Origin: Malacoraja senta
Taxonomy: Eukaryota
Reading direction: 5' to 3'
Assembly (NCBI GenBank): GCA_038087875.1
Contig: CM075994.1
Location: 1,614,001-1,678,000, forward strand
DNA length: 64,000 bases
Shown here: positions 27,601 to 41,017 of the stretch, one piece after another
How positions within the stretch are numbered: position 1 is the stretch's first letter
Layout: every line of letters begins with the position of its first letter
Translations under genes and position numbers: made by a program
Notes under the pieces: model-generated
What the model saw: the letters and a program-made list of their open reading frames with translations, nothing else
The model's database searches: none
What the model was told of the DNA's origin: nothing

Positions 27601-28030
27601 GACTGGGAGAAATTCAGAGTCCAGCAGAGGAGGACAAAGGGCTTAATTAGGACAGGGAAAATAGATTATGAAAGAAAACTGGCAGGGAACATAAAAACTG
27701 ACTGCAAAAGTTTTTATAGATATGTGAAGAGAAAAAGATTAGTTAAAACAAATGTAGGTCCCTTGCAGTCAGAAACAGGTGAATTGATCATGGGGAACAA
27801 GGACATGGCAGACCAATTGAATAACTACTTTGGTTCTCTTCACTAAGGAAGACATAAATAATCTGCCGGAAATAGCAGGGGACCGCGGGTCAAATGAGAT
27901 GGAGGAACTGAGTGAAATCCAGGTTAGCCGGGAAGTGGTGTTAGGTAAATTGAATGGATTAAAGGCCGATAAACCGCCAGGGCCAGATAAGCTGCATCCC
28001 AGAGTATTTAAGGAAGTAGCCCCAGAAATA

Positions 28031-31000
28031 ACCATATATCCATATAACCATTACAGCACAGAAACAGGCCATCTTGGCCCTTCAAGTCCGTGCCGAACAC
28101 TTCCCCCCCCCCTTCTTTCTTCCCCCCAGTCCCATCTACCTGCACTCAGACCATAACCCTCCATTCCTTTCCCGTCCATATACCCATCCAATCTATTTTT
28201 AAAGGATAAAATCGAACCTGCCTCCACCACTTCCACTGGAAGTTCATTCCACACAGCTACCACTCTCTGAGTAAAGAAGTTCCCCCTAATGTTACCCCTA
28301 AACTTCTGTCCCTTAATTCACAAGTCATGTCCCCTTGTTTGAATCTTCCCTACTCTCAATGGGAAAAGCTTATCCACGTCAACTCTGTCTAACCCGCTCA
28401 TCATTTTAAAGACCTCTATCAAGTCCCCCCTTAACCTTCTGCGCTCTAAAGAATAAAGACCTAACTTGTTCAACCTTTCTCTGTAACTTAGTTGCTGAAA
28501 CCCAGGCAACATTCTAGTAAATCTCCTCTGTACTCTCTCTCTATTTTGTTGACATCCTTCCTATAATTAGGCGACCAAAATTGTACTCCATACTCCAGAA
28601 TTGGCCTCACCAATGCCTTGTACAATTTTAACATGACATCCCAATTTCTATATTCAATGCTCTGATTTATAAAGGCCAGCACACCAAAAGCTTTCTTTAC
28701 CACCCTATCTACATGAGATTCCACCTTCAGGGAACTATGCACAGTTATTCCTAGATCCCTCTGTTCAACTGCATTCTTCAATTCGCTACCATTTACCATG
28801 TACGTCCTATTTTGATTTGTCCTGCGAAGATGTAGCACCTCACATTTATCAGCATTAAACTCCATCTGCCATCTTTCAGCCCACTCTTCCAAATGGCCTA
28901 AATCTCTCTGTAGACTTTGAAAATCTACTTCATTATCCACAACACCACCTATCTTAGTATCATCTGCATACTTACTAATCCAATTTTCCACACCATCATC
29001 CAGATCATTGATGTACATGACAAACAACAGTGGACCCAACACAGACCCCTGAGGCACCCCACTAGTCACCGTCTTCCAACCTGACAAACAGCCATCCACC
29101 ATTACTCTCTGGCATCTCCCATTCAGCCACTGTTGAATCCATCTTGCTACTCCACCATTAATACCCAACAATTGAATCTTCTTAACCAACCTTCCATGAG
29201 GAACCTTGTCAAAGGCCTTACTGAAGTCCATATAGACAACATCCACTGCTTTACCCTCATCAATTTCCCTAGTAACCTCTTCGAAAAATTCAAGAAGATT
29301 CAGGCACAAATCCATGTTGACTGTTCCTAATCAGACCCTGCTTATCCAGATGCTTATATATATTATCTCTGTATCCTTTCCATTAATTTGTTCACCACTG
29401 ACGTCAAACTAACAGGCCTATAATTGCTAGGTTTACTCTTAGAACCCTTTTTAAACAACGGAACAACATGCGCAGTACGCCGATCCTCCGGCACTATTCC
29501 CGTTTCTAATGACATTTGAAATATTTCTGTCATAGCCCCTGCTATTTCTACACTAACTTCCCTCAATGTCATAGGGAATATCCTGTCAGGACCTGGAGAC
29601 TTATCCGTTTTCATATTTTTCAAAAGTGTCCGCACCTCCTCTTCTTTGAATCTCATAGTTTCCATTACTACTCTGCTTGTTTCCCTTACCTCACATAATT
29701 CAATATCCTTCTCCTTGGTGAATACCGAAGAAAAGAAATTGTTCAATATCTCCCCCATCTCTTTTGGTTCTGCAGATAGCTGTCCACTCTGACTCTCTAA
29801 TGGACCAATTTTATTCCTTGTTATCCTTTTGCTATTAATATAGCTGTAGAAACCCTTTGGATTTACTTTCACCTTACTTGCCAAAGCAACCTCATATCTT
29901 CTTTTAGCTTTTCTAATTTCTTTCTTAATATTCTTTTTACATTCTTTATACTCCTCAAGCACCTCATTTACTCCATGTTGCATATAATTATTGTAAATCT
30001 CTCTCTTTTTCCGAACCGTGTCCAATTTCCCTTGAAAACCTTGGCTCTTTCCAATTTTTACTATTTCCTTTCAACAGAACAGGGACATAAAGATTCAGTA
30101 CTTTTAAAATTTCACCTTTAAATGTCCTCCAAAGCTCTTCTACGTCCTTCCCATAAAACAACGTCCCAATTCACTCCTTTTAAATCCTTTCGTATCTCCT
30201 CAAAGTTAGTCTTTCTCCAATCAAAAATCTCAACCCTAGGTCCAGTTCTGACCCTCTCCATAATTATATTGAAACTAATGGTATTGTGATCACTGGACCC
30301 GAAGTGCTCCCCAACGCATACCTCCGCCACCTGCCCTGTCCCATTTCCGAACAGGAGGTCCAGCACTGCCTCTTCTCTAGTAGGTACCTCTATGTATTGC
30401 TGCAAAAAACTTTCCTGCACACATTTTACAAACTCCAAACCATCCAGCCCTTTTACAGAATGTGTTTCCCAGTCTATGTGTGGAAAATTGAAATCTCCCA
30501 CAATCACTACCTTGTGCTTACTACTAATATCTGCTATCTCCTTACATATTTGCTCTTCCAATTCTCGCTCCCCATTTGGCGGTCTATAATACATAGATAC
30601 ATAGAAAATAGGTGCAGGAGTAGGCCATTCGGCCCTTCGAGCCTGCACCGCCATTCAATATGATCATGGCTGATCATCCAACTCAGTATCCCGTACCTGC
30701 CTTCTCTCCATACCCCCTGATCCCCTTAGCCACAAGGGCCACATCTAACTCCCTCTTAAATATAGCCAATGAACTGGCCTCAACTACCCTCTGTGGCAGA
30801 GAGTTCCAGAGATTCACCACTCTCTGTGTGAAAAAGTTTTTCCTCATCTCGGTCTTAAAGGATTTCCCCCTTATCCTTAAGCTGTGACCCCTTGTCCTGG
30901 ACTTCCCCAACATCGGGAACAATCTTCCTGCATCTAGCCTGTCCAACCCCATAAGAATTTTGTACGTTTCCATAAGATCCCCCCTCAATCTTCTAGATTC

Positions 31001-32287
31001 TAGCGAGTATAAGCCAAGTCTATCCAGTCTTTCTTCATATGAAAGTCCTGACATCCCAGGAATCAGTCTGGTGAACCTTCTCTGCACTCCCTCTATAGCT
31101 ATAATGTCCTTCCTCAGATTTGGAGACCAGAACTGTACGCAATATTCCAGGTGTGGTCTCACCAAGACCCTGTACAACTGCAGTAGAACCTCCCTGCTCC
31201 TATACTCAAATCCTCTTGCTATGAAGGCCAACATACCATTCGCTTTCTTCACTGCCTGCTGCACCTGCATGCCTACTTTCAATGACTGGTGTACCATGAC
31301 ACCCAGGTCTCGCTGCATCTCCCCATTTCCTAATCGGCCACCATTTAGAAGATAGTCTGCCTTCCCGTTTTTGCCACCAAAGTGGATAACCTCACATTTA
31401 TCCACATTATACTGCATCTGCCAAACATTTGCCCACTCACCCAGCCTATCCAAGTCACCTTGCAGTCTCCTAGCATCCTCCTCACAGCTAACACTGCCCC
31501 CCAAATTAGTGTCATCCGCAAACTTGGAGATGTTGCTTTCAATTCCCTCGTCCAGATCATTAATATAAATTGTAAATAGCTGGGGTCCCAGCACTGAGCC
31601 TTGCGGTACCCCACTAGTCACTGCCTGCCATTGTGAAAAGGACCCGTTTATTCCTACTCTTTGCTTCCTGTTTGCCAGCCAGTTCTCTATCCACATCAAT
31701 ACTGAACCCCCAATACCGTGTGATTTAAGTTTGTATCCTAATCTCTTATGTGGTACACCCCTATAAGTGTTGCTACACCTTTCCCATTTCTCAGTTCCAC
31801 CCAAATAACCTCCCTAGACAAGCTCTCTAATCTATCCTGCCAAAGCACTGCTGTAATATCTTCCTTGACAAGCAATGCAACACCCCCACCTCTTGCCCCT
31901 CCAATTCTATCACCCCTGAAGCAACGAAATCCTGGAATATTTAGTTTCCAATCACAGCCCTCATGCAACCATGTTTCACTGATCGCCACAACATCATACT
32001 TCCAGGTGTCAATCCAGGCTCTAAGCTCATCCACCTTTCTTACAATGCTCCTAGCATTAAAATATACACATTTAAGAAACCCACCACCACTTATTCTCTG
32101 TTTATTATCTTTTTCTTCTTTCTCCCCTACATTTTGGGTCCGAGTGCTTCCCTTCTCTGCCTCCTGCCTCCCACATTTTCTACTAGCTTTCTCTATTTGA
32201 GTCCCTCCCCCCAACCGTTCTAGTTTAAAGTCTCCCCAGTAGCCTTTGCAAACCTCCCCGCCAGGATATTGGTCCCCCTCGGGTTCC
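28031..32287 (-). mobile_element. CR1 LINE 'B' (different subfamily), itself split by CR1 'C'
   Basis: ORFs 31738-32301 (LKCVYFNARSI, ISETWL), 30118-30654, 29363-30025 and 28488-29315 (KYADDTK). Confidence 0.9.
30594..31753 (-). mobile_element. CR1 LINE 'C', 5'-truncated, young
   Basis: Open RT C-terminal frame to 30683 and a (TCTATGTA)n tail. TACA is repeated at both junctions. Nearly identical to 60270-61440. Confidence 0.9.
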
Positions 32288-33759
32288 AATAGTGGATGCA
32301 TTAGTGATAATTTTTCAAAACTCTTTAGATTCTGGAGTAGTTCCTGAGGATTGGAGGGTAGCTAATGTAACCCCACTTTTTAAAAAGGGAGGGAGAGAGA
32401 AAACGGGGAATTACAGACCAGTTAGTCTAACATCGGTAGTGGGGAAACTGCTAGAGTCAGTTATTAAAGATGGGATAGCAGCACATTTGGAAAGTGGTGA
32501 AATCATTGGACAGTCAGCATGGATTTATGAAAGGTAAATCATGTCTGACGAATCTTATAGAATTTTTCGAGGATGTAACTAGTAGAGTGGATAAGGGAGA
32601 ACCAGTGGATGTGTTATATCTCGACTTTCAGAAGGCTTTCGACAAGGTCCCGCATAAGAGATTAGTATACAAACTTAAAGCACACAGTATTGGGGGTTCA
32701 GTATTGATGTGGATAGAGAACTGGCTGGCAGACAGGAAGCAAAGAGTAGGAGTAAACGGGTCCTTTTCAGAATGGCAGGCAGTGACTAGTGGGGTACCGC
32801 AAGGCTCAGTGCTGGGTCTCCAGTTATTTACAATATATATTATTGATTTGGACGAGGAAATTGAATGCAACATCTCCAAGTTTGCGGATGACACAAAGCT
32901 GGGGGGGCAGTGTTAGCTGTGAGGAGGTTGCTAGGAGGCTGCAAGGTGACTTGGGTAGGCTGGGTGAGTGGGCAAATGCATGGCAGATGCAGTATAATGT
33001 GGATAAATGCGAGGTTATCCACTTTGGTGGCAAAAACAGGAAAGTAGACTATTATCTGAATGGTGGCCGATTAGGAAAAGGGGAGATGCAACGAGACCTG
33101 GGTGCCATGGTACACCAGTCATTGAAAGTAGGCATGCAGGTGCAGCAGGCAGTGAAGAAAGCGAATGGTATGTTAGCATTCATAGCAAAAGGATTAGAGT
33201 ATAGGAGCAGAGAGGTTCTACTGCAGTTGTACAGGGTCTTGGTGAGACCACACCTGGAGTATTGCGTACAGTTTTGGTCTCCTAATCTGAGGAAAGACAT
33301 TCTTGCCATAGAGGGAGTACAGAGAAGGTTCACCAGACTGATTCCTGGGATGTCAGGACTTTCATATGAAGAAAGACTGGATAGACTCGGCTTGTACTCG
33401 CTAGAATTTAGAAGATTGAGGGGGGATCTTATAGAAACTTACAAAATTCTTAGGGGGTTGGACAGGCTAAATGCAGGAAGATTGTTCCCAATGTTGGGGA
33501 TGTCCAGAACAAGGGGTCACAGTTTAAGGATAAGGGGGAAATCTTTTAGGACCGAGATGAGGAAAAACATTTTTCACACAGAGAGTGGTGAATCTCTGGA
33601 ATTCTCTGCCACAGAAGGTAGTTGAGGCCAGTTCATTGGCTATATTTAAGAGGGAGTTAGATGTGGCCCTTGTGGCTAAAGGGATCAGGGGGTATGGAGA
33701 GAAGGCAAGTACAGGATACTGAGTTGGATGATCAGCCATGATCATATTGAATGGTGGAG

Positions 33760-33965
33760 GACAGCAGTCGAAAATGACGCGCTGTGCTGTTTGCTGGTCT
33801 GCTCCACACACGCAGGCTGATGATGAACGCAGCCCCCAGCGATGCATGTTGGCGTTGAACCGGCCGACCCCTGTATGGAGCTGGTTCAGGGCGACCCACT
33901 CTTTGCGGGGCAGGTCCGAGCCGGGTGGGTCTCGAGGTGTTGCTCTTGGTGTGGGGACTGCACTG
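33760..33965 (-). mobile_element. Non-LTR retrotransposon ORF C-terminal fragment, Vingi/Ingi(I-group)-like
   Basis: Minus-strand translation PPGSDLPRKEWVALNQLHTGVGRFNANMHRWGLRSSSACVCGADQQTAQRVIFDC, a W..LN.L.TG.GRF motif followed by a degenerate CxC...C zinc knuckle. Confidence 0.65.
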
Positions 33966-34057
33966 TTGACGGGATTTTAATTGTGTGTGATTCCTGGATG
34001 TTGTTAATCCCTTTATCCTGTTACTGTGGCGGCTTGATTGAAATCATGTATACTGAC

Positions 34058-35935
34058 AATTAGTTAAGACCAAAGTTGGACCCTTGAAGACCGAAAAAGG
34101 TGAATTTATTATGGGGAACAAGGAAATGGCAGATGAGTTGAACAGGTACTTTGGATCTGTCTTCACTAAGGAGGACACAAACAATCTTCCTGATATAGTA
34201 GTGGCCAGAGGATCTGGGGTGATGGAGGAACTGAAGGAATTCCACATTAGGCAGGAAATGGTGTTGGATAGACTGATGGGACTGAAGGCTGATAAATCCC
34301 CAGGGCCTGATGGTCTGCATCCCAGGGTACTTAAGGAAGTGGCTCTAGAAATCGTGGATGCATTGGTGATAATTTTCCAATGTTCTATAGACTCAGGATC
34401 AGTTCCTGTGGATTGGAGGGTAGCTAACGTTATCCCACTTTTTAAGAAAGGCGGGAGAGAGAAAACAGGGAATTATAGACCAGTTAGCGTGACATCGGTG
34501 GTGGGGAAGATTCTGGAGTCAATTATAAAAGATGAAATAGCCGCACATTTGTATAGCAGTAACAGGATCGGTCCGAGCCAGCATGGATTTACGAAGGGGA
34601 AATCATGCTTGACTAATCTTCTGGAATTTTTTGAAGATGTAACAAGGAAAATGGACAAGGGAGAGTCAGTGGATGTAGTGTACCTGGACTTTCAGAAAGC
34701 ATTTGATAAGGTCCCACATAGGAGATTAGTGGGCAGAATTAGGGCACATGGTATTGGGGGTAGAGTGCTGACATGGATAAAAAATTGGTTGGCAGACAGG
34801 AAACAAAGAGTAGGGATTAACGAGTCCCTTTCAGAATGGCAGGCAGTGACTAGTGGGGTACCGCAAGGCTCGGTGCTGGGACCGCAGCTATTTACAAATT
34901 ACATCAATGATTTGGATGAAGGGATTCAAAGTAACATTGGCAAATTTGCAGATGACACAAAGCTGGGTGGCAGTGTGAACTGTGAGGAGGATGCCATGAG
35001 AATGCAGGGTGACTTGGACAGGTTGGGGGAGTGGGCAGATGCATGGCAGATCATAATGAATGGCGTGCTGGCTCGAAGGGCCGAATGGCCTCCTCCTGCA
35101 CCTATTTTCTATGTTTCTAGAAGTTTAATGCGGATAAATGTGAGGTTATCCACTTTGGTAGCAAATACAGGAAGGCAGATTACTATCTAAATTATGTCAA
35201 GTTCGGGAAAAGGGGAAGTACAACGGGATCTGGGGGTCCTTGTACACCAGTCTATGAAAGTAAGCATGCAGGTACAGCAGGCAGTGAAGAAAGCGAATGG
35301 CATGTTGGCCTTTATAACATGAGGAGTCGAATATAGGAGCAAAGAGGTCCTTCTGCAGTTGTACAGAGCCCTAGTGAGACCACACCTGGAGTATTGTGTG
35401 CAGTTTTCTTCTCCTAATTTGAGGAAGGATATTCTTGCTATTGAGGGAGTGCAGCGTAGGTTTACAAGGTTAATTCCCGGGATGACGGGTCTGTCATATG
35501 CTGAGAGAATGGAGCAGCTGGGCTTGTACACTCTGGAGTTTAGAAGGATGAGAGGGAATCTCCTTGAAACATATAAGATTGTTAAGGGTTTGGACACGCT
35601 AGAGGCAGGAAACATGTTCCCGAAGTTGGGGGAGTCCAGAACCAGGGGCCACAGTTTAAGAATAAGGAGTAAGCCATTTAGAATGGAGATGAGGAAACTT
35701 TTTCTCACAGAGGGTTGTGAGTCTGTGGAATTCTCTGCCTCAGAGGACGGTGGAGGCAGGTTCTCTGGATGCTTTCAAGAGAGAGCTAGATCGGGCTCTT
35801 AAAAATAGCGGAGTCAGGGGATATGGGGACAAGGCAAGAACAGGGTACTATTTGGGGATGATCAGCCATGATCACATTAAATGGCGGTGCTGGCTCGAAG
35901 GGCCGAATGGCCTACTCCTGCACCTATTGTCTATT
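34058..35935 (+). mobile_element. CR1 LINE 'D', 5'-truncated, with a ~68-bp CR1-tail insertion at ~35052-35119
   Basis: RT ORF 34084-35190 (KFADDTK), downstream fragments and a typical 3'UTR. Confidence 0.9.
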
Positions 35936-38900
35936 GACTGGATAGCATATAACAAAAAGCCTTTTCACTGTACCTTGGTACACATGACAACAAAACTAAA
36001 ACTCGGGGCAGCAGAGTTGCTGCCTTACAGCGCCAGAGACCAGGGTTCGATCCTGACTACGGGTGCTGTCTGTACGGAATTTTACGTTCTCCGTGACCGC
36101 GTGGGTTTTCTCTGGGTGCTCTTCCCACACTCCAAATCCATACAGTTTTGTAGGTTAATTGGGTTTGATAAAATTGTAAATTGTCCCAGTGTGCGTAGCA
36201 TAGTGCTAGTGTGCGGGAATCTCTGGCTGACGTGGACTCGGTGGGCCCGGGAGCCTGTTCCGTGCTGTATTTCTAAACTAAAACTGAAGAGAAACTAAAC
36301 CTAAACCATAACTAAAACTAAATAAACTTACATTGAACTGTGGGTGTGGAATCCCAACCCTGTAGCGTGCCAGTGACAACCGTGAATCAGGAAAGCTAGT
36401 GTTTCTTGGCTTCTGACATCACATTTATCAAAAGATTAAACCAATGTGTGAAGGGAATGAACAATCAAAATATTATTCACTTACCTTAAAGGTCATGTAT
36501 TATGTATTAACACAGGGGCGTGATCAGTTAACCCTTTGACCGTGTAGCACTTGGTGATAAATTACAGGATAACAAACAGCACTAGGGCAGATCGTGCGAC
36601 AAGCCTGGAATGGGCGGGAGTGGAAATTGTGCAACGGTGCAAGGTTTAATGCTTGCATTTGTCGTGAAAGTCAGCGCTCCACTACCTCCGCTTCTTTCCT
36701 GTGGGGTGCCGAGGCCAAGCATTTCCCACGGTCACTGCTGAGCGGGTGACTTTCACAGTGGCCTGGGGTGGACCACGAGTGGAGATACCAGGAGGAAAGA
36801 GTGGATGTGGAAAGTATATTTTCATTGGTGGGAGAGTCTAGGACCAGAGGTCACAGCCTCAGAATTAAAGGGCGCTCTTTTAGAAAGGAGGAGAGGAGGT
36901 ACTTCATTAGTCAGTGGGTACTTAATCTGTGGAACACATTGTCACAGAGGGCTATTCTTAAGGCAGAGATCAACAAATTCTTGATTATAACGAGTGTCAA
37001 GGGTTATGGGGAAGGCAGGAAAGTGGGATTAGGAGGCAGAGATCAGCCATGATTGAATGGCAGAGTAGAGTCGATGGGCTGAATGGCCTAATTCTACTCC
37101 CATAACTTGTGGTGGAGAATGCTGTGGAGGAGGGAACACATACTCAAAGAGGTTTTGGCTTTGAGCTACCAGAGACCACATTTGTAGTATGGTGTTCATT
37201 TCTGGTTGCCCCATTATAGGATGTGGAGGCTTTGGAGAGGGTGCAGAAAAGGTTTACCAAGATGCTAAAAGATAGACACAAAAAGGGGCAACTCACCAGG
37301 ACAGGCAGCATCTCTGGAGAGAAGGAATGGTTGATGTTTTGGGTCGAGACCTTTCAGTCTGAACTGTCTTGATCTGAAACGTCACCCATTTCTCCTCTCG
37401 GGATGATGCCTGTCCCGCTGAGTTACTCCAGCTTTTTGTGTCTATCATCGGTTTAAACCAGCATCTTCAGTTCTTTCTTACCTAGATGCTACCTGGATTA
37501 ATGATAATAGATTTTTTAATTTTTTATATAGCGCTTTTCAGGACTCAAAGTCGCTTAGAAGGATTAGAAGGTATTAGCTACAAAGAGGTTGGACAGACTT
37601 GGATAGACACAAAATGCCGGTGTTCCAGGGAAACGCCTCTTCCTCTTCACCTTTCTAACACGGAGCCTCCAGAATTGACACCTGTTTTTTGTTTTCTAGT
37701 CAGTGCATAACTTCCATCGTTTTGTAATCTTTTTATGAAGGATCTCTCAATCTTTATGAGCTACCATACCTGGCCTTGCCAGTTTTCAACCTTTAAAAAG
37801 ACAAGACAAAATGCTTAGCGGGTCAGTCAGCATTCCTGGGGAACATTTCGGAAGTGGCGTTTCGGATCAGGATCCTTCTTCAGACTAATTGTAAAGGGGG
37901 ATGTAGAAAGTCTTGCAAATATCAGGTGAACTGTTGGTGAGGGGGGACAAATTACCAGGGGTGCCAGGGAGATGGCTGCCCTGTCAGCAGTCTGTTTGTT
38001 TTTTCATTCTTTTTGTTATTTTTAGTGTGTTAAAAGTTTGTTTTAATGTTCTTCGGTTTGTTTTATGTGGGGGGAGGGGGGAGGGGGGAGGGGGGAACTT
38101 TTTTCAGGTTCTGCCGGAGATGTGATTAATTTTCGGATCACATTCTCTGGCGCGCTCTGCGGCCTTCCATTCGATGGAGCTGGAGGCCTCCTCGAACTGA
38201 CTTTGAGCTCTATCGCGGGGCGCGGACTTTACATCGGAGCTGATCCCTTGCCTGGGATCGCTCCCACCGCGGACTTACCATCAAAAGCTCGCAGTCTTTC
38301 GGAGAGGCTAGACGGGAAGTTCCAACGTCGCAGAAGGTTCGACCAGCCCCAAAGCGAGGTTCGATCGCCCGGCGCGGGGGAGCTGATATCCCCCCGATGC
38401 GGGAGCTTGATCACCTCGACGTGGAGGGCCCGAATGCCGCCGGCTACGGGAGTGAAGATCGTCCCGTCAAAGGGGGGCGCGAGGCCCACGACCGGGAAGA
38501 ACTAAGGGAAGGACTTGAACTTTATTTCGCCTTCCACCACAGTGAGGAATGTGTAAGAGTCACTGTGGTGGATGTTCATGTTAAAATGTGTTTTTGACTG
38601 ATCTGTTGCTTTTAATGAAACCTGGCCAATGAAATTCCTCGTATGTTGCAAAACATACTTGGCGAATAAAATGTGATTCTGATTGTTTGGTAGATAGCTG
38701 GATAAAGGGCAGAGGTGACAAGACAGAAGGTGTGATACAAAAAGAATGAAGAGTTGTGAATTGTGAAGCTAGAGGAAGCCATGTAGGTGAAAGGGGAGGA
38801 ATCGGTGCTTGTCCGGGGGGGGGGGGGGGGGGGGGGGAGTATTAGAGGTTACCTACAACTATGTGCAAGTCCAAGTGGGCCACATGGGAGAAAAAGGGTG

Positions 38901-41017
38901 TTAGAGCTTACCTAGAATTGGAGAAATCAACATTTATACCATTGGGTTGTAAGGCCTGGATAGTGTATGTGGAGAGGATGTTTCCATTATTGGGAGAGTC
39001 TAGGACCAGAGGCCAAAGTCTCAGAATAAAAGAACGTACCTTAATAAAGGAAATGAGAAGGAATTTCTTTAGTCAGAGGGTGGTGATTCTGTGGAGGCCA
39101 AGTCAATGGATATCTTTAAGGCAGAGATAGAAAGATTTTTGATTAGCAAGGGCATCAGGGCTAAAATGGAGGGCAGGAGAATGGAGTTGAGAGGGAAAGA
39201 TAGATCAGCCATGAACTTATTCTGCTCCCAGATCTTATAAGCTACCCATGCAGAATAAGAGGTTCAAATTTAAACTTCATAAGTCGTAGGGGCAGCATTA
39301 GACCATTCAGCCCATCGATTCTATGCCGCCATTCAATCATGGTTGATTTACCTTTCCCTCTCAATCCCATTCGCTTACCATCTCCTCAAAATATTTGACA
39401 CCCATACTAATCAAGAACCTATTAATCTCCACCTTAAAAATCCCCAACGTCTTTAAACAAGCTTCCGTACAGGCACAGGCTCTGAAACGTAGCGCTGCTT
39501 GGATCAAGAACATAAATGCACACCATCGATTCAGAAACATTCTGAGAATGATGTCTGTGTGGCAGCAGGCTGGGCTCAGAACTGACTTTGGCCGTTGTCT
39601 CTGCAGAGTTTGCACGCTCCCTAGGCTTCCTCCGTGTGCTCCAGTCTGTTCTCCAGTTGTATGCACATGCTGTTGGGATAAATGGTCGCTGTGAATTACC
39701 CCAGTGCAGGTTGATGACAAAGGAGTTTATCGAAATATGAGTGTGCGGCGGAATAAAGTGCAGGGAAAGGAATAAGGAGAGAGGGAAGGGGATGAATGAG
39801 ATTGCTCCCCGGTAGCTGGAATGGATGTGATGGGCCGAATATTCCCTTGAGGTTTAATTTAATGATGCTGCATGGAAACATGCCCTTCCACGCCGACCAT
39901 CGTTCAGCCTTTCCCACTAATTCGAAAAAGGACACAGTGTTGGAGTAACTCGGCAGGTCTGGCAGCATCTCTGGAGAACATGGATAAGTGGTGTTCCGTT
40001 TCCAGCACTTTGTGTCTTTTTTTTGTAAACCAGCATCTGCAGTTCCATGTTTCTATGTTATCCCACTTTCTCATCCACTTCCTTCACACTAGGACAATTT
40101 TACCAATTAACCCACAAACCCACATTCCTTTGGGATGTGTGGGCACCCGGAGTAAACCCACGCACTCACAGGGAGAACGTGCAAACTCCACACTGACAGC
40201 ACCCAAGGTCAGGATCGAACCTGGGTCTCTAACGTTGTGAGACAGCAACTCTAGCAGCTGTGCCACGCTGAAGTGATGAGATTTTGTTTTATTTATCCAG
40301 TGTTTGTATTAAAGTGTTACAAAGGTTGTACTTTAACTTGAAGAACAAAGTCAAGAAAGGCTTGGATAGAGTGGATGTGGAGAGGATGTTTCCACTAGTG
40401 GGTGTGTCTAGGCCATAGCCTCAGAATAAAAGGACATACCTTTGGAAAGGAGTTGAGGAAGAATTTCTTTAGTCCGAGGGCAGCAAATCTGTGTAATTTA
40501 TTGCCACAGACGGCTATGGCCAAGTCAATGGATATTTTTAATGCGGAGATTGACAGATTCTTGATTAGTATGGGTGTCAGGGGTTATGGGGAGAAGGCAG
40601 GAGAATGGGATTGAGAGGGCAAGATAGATCAGCCATGATTGAATGGCAGAGTAGACTCAATGGGCCGAATGACTTAATTCTGCTCCAATGAAGAATGGTA
40701 ATAGATACCCTAGGTGAGAAATACTTTCAGACAAACATAGTTCTAAGACATTTCACTTAGAGGGTTGTGGGTATATGGAACGAGCTGCCAGAGGTGGTAG
40801 TTGAGGCAGGTACTATATGTGTTCAAAAGATAATTTGGACTGGTTCATGGATAGGTAAGGTTTAGAGATACGAGCAAAATGCAGGCAGGTGGGACCAGTG
40901 TTGATGGGGCTTCTTGGTCGGTGTGGGCAAGTTGTCCTGAAGGGCCTGATTCCATGCAGTATGACTAACTAAACAGCACATAGACAGGTACATGGAGAGG
41001 AAAGGTTTTGAGAGATA

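Larger units (their letters stand above)
26715..33757 (+). mobile_element. CR1 LINE 'A' (endonuclease plus RT, frameshifted), split by a 4.26-kb insertion at 28031-32287
   Basis: APE motifs (GITETW, IMGDFN, SDH) at 26.7-27.3 kb. KEVAPEI|VDALVIIFQ is continuous across the insertion, with AATA duplicated. RT and 3'UTR run to ~33757. Confidence 0.9.
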
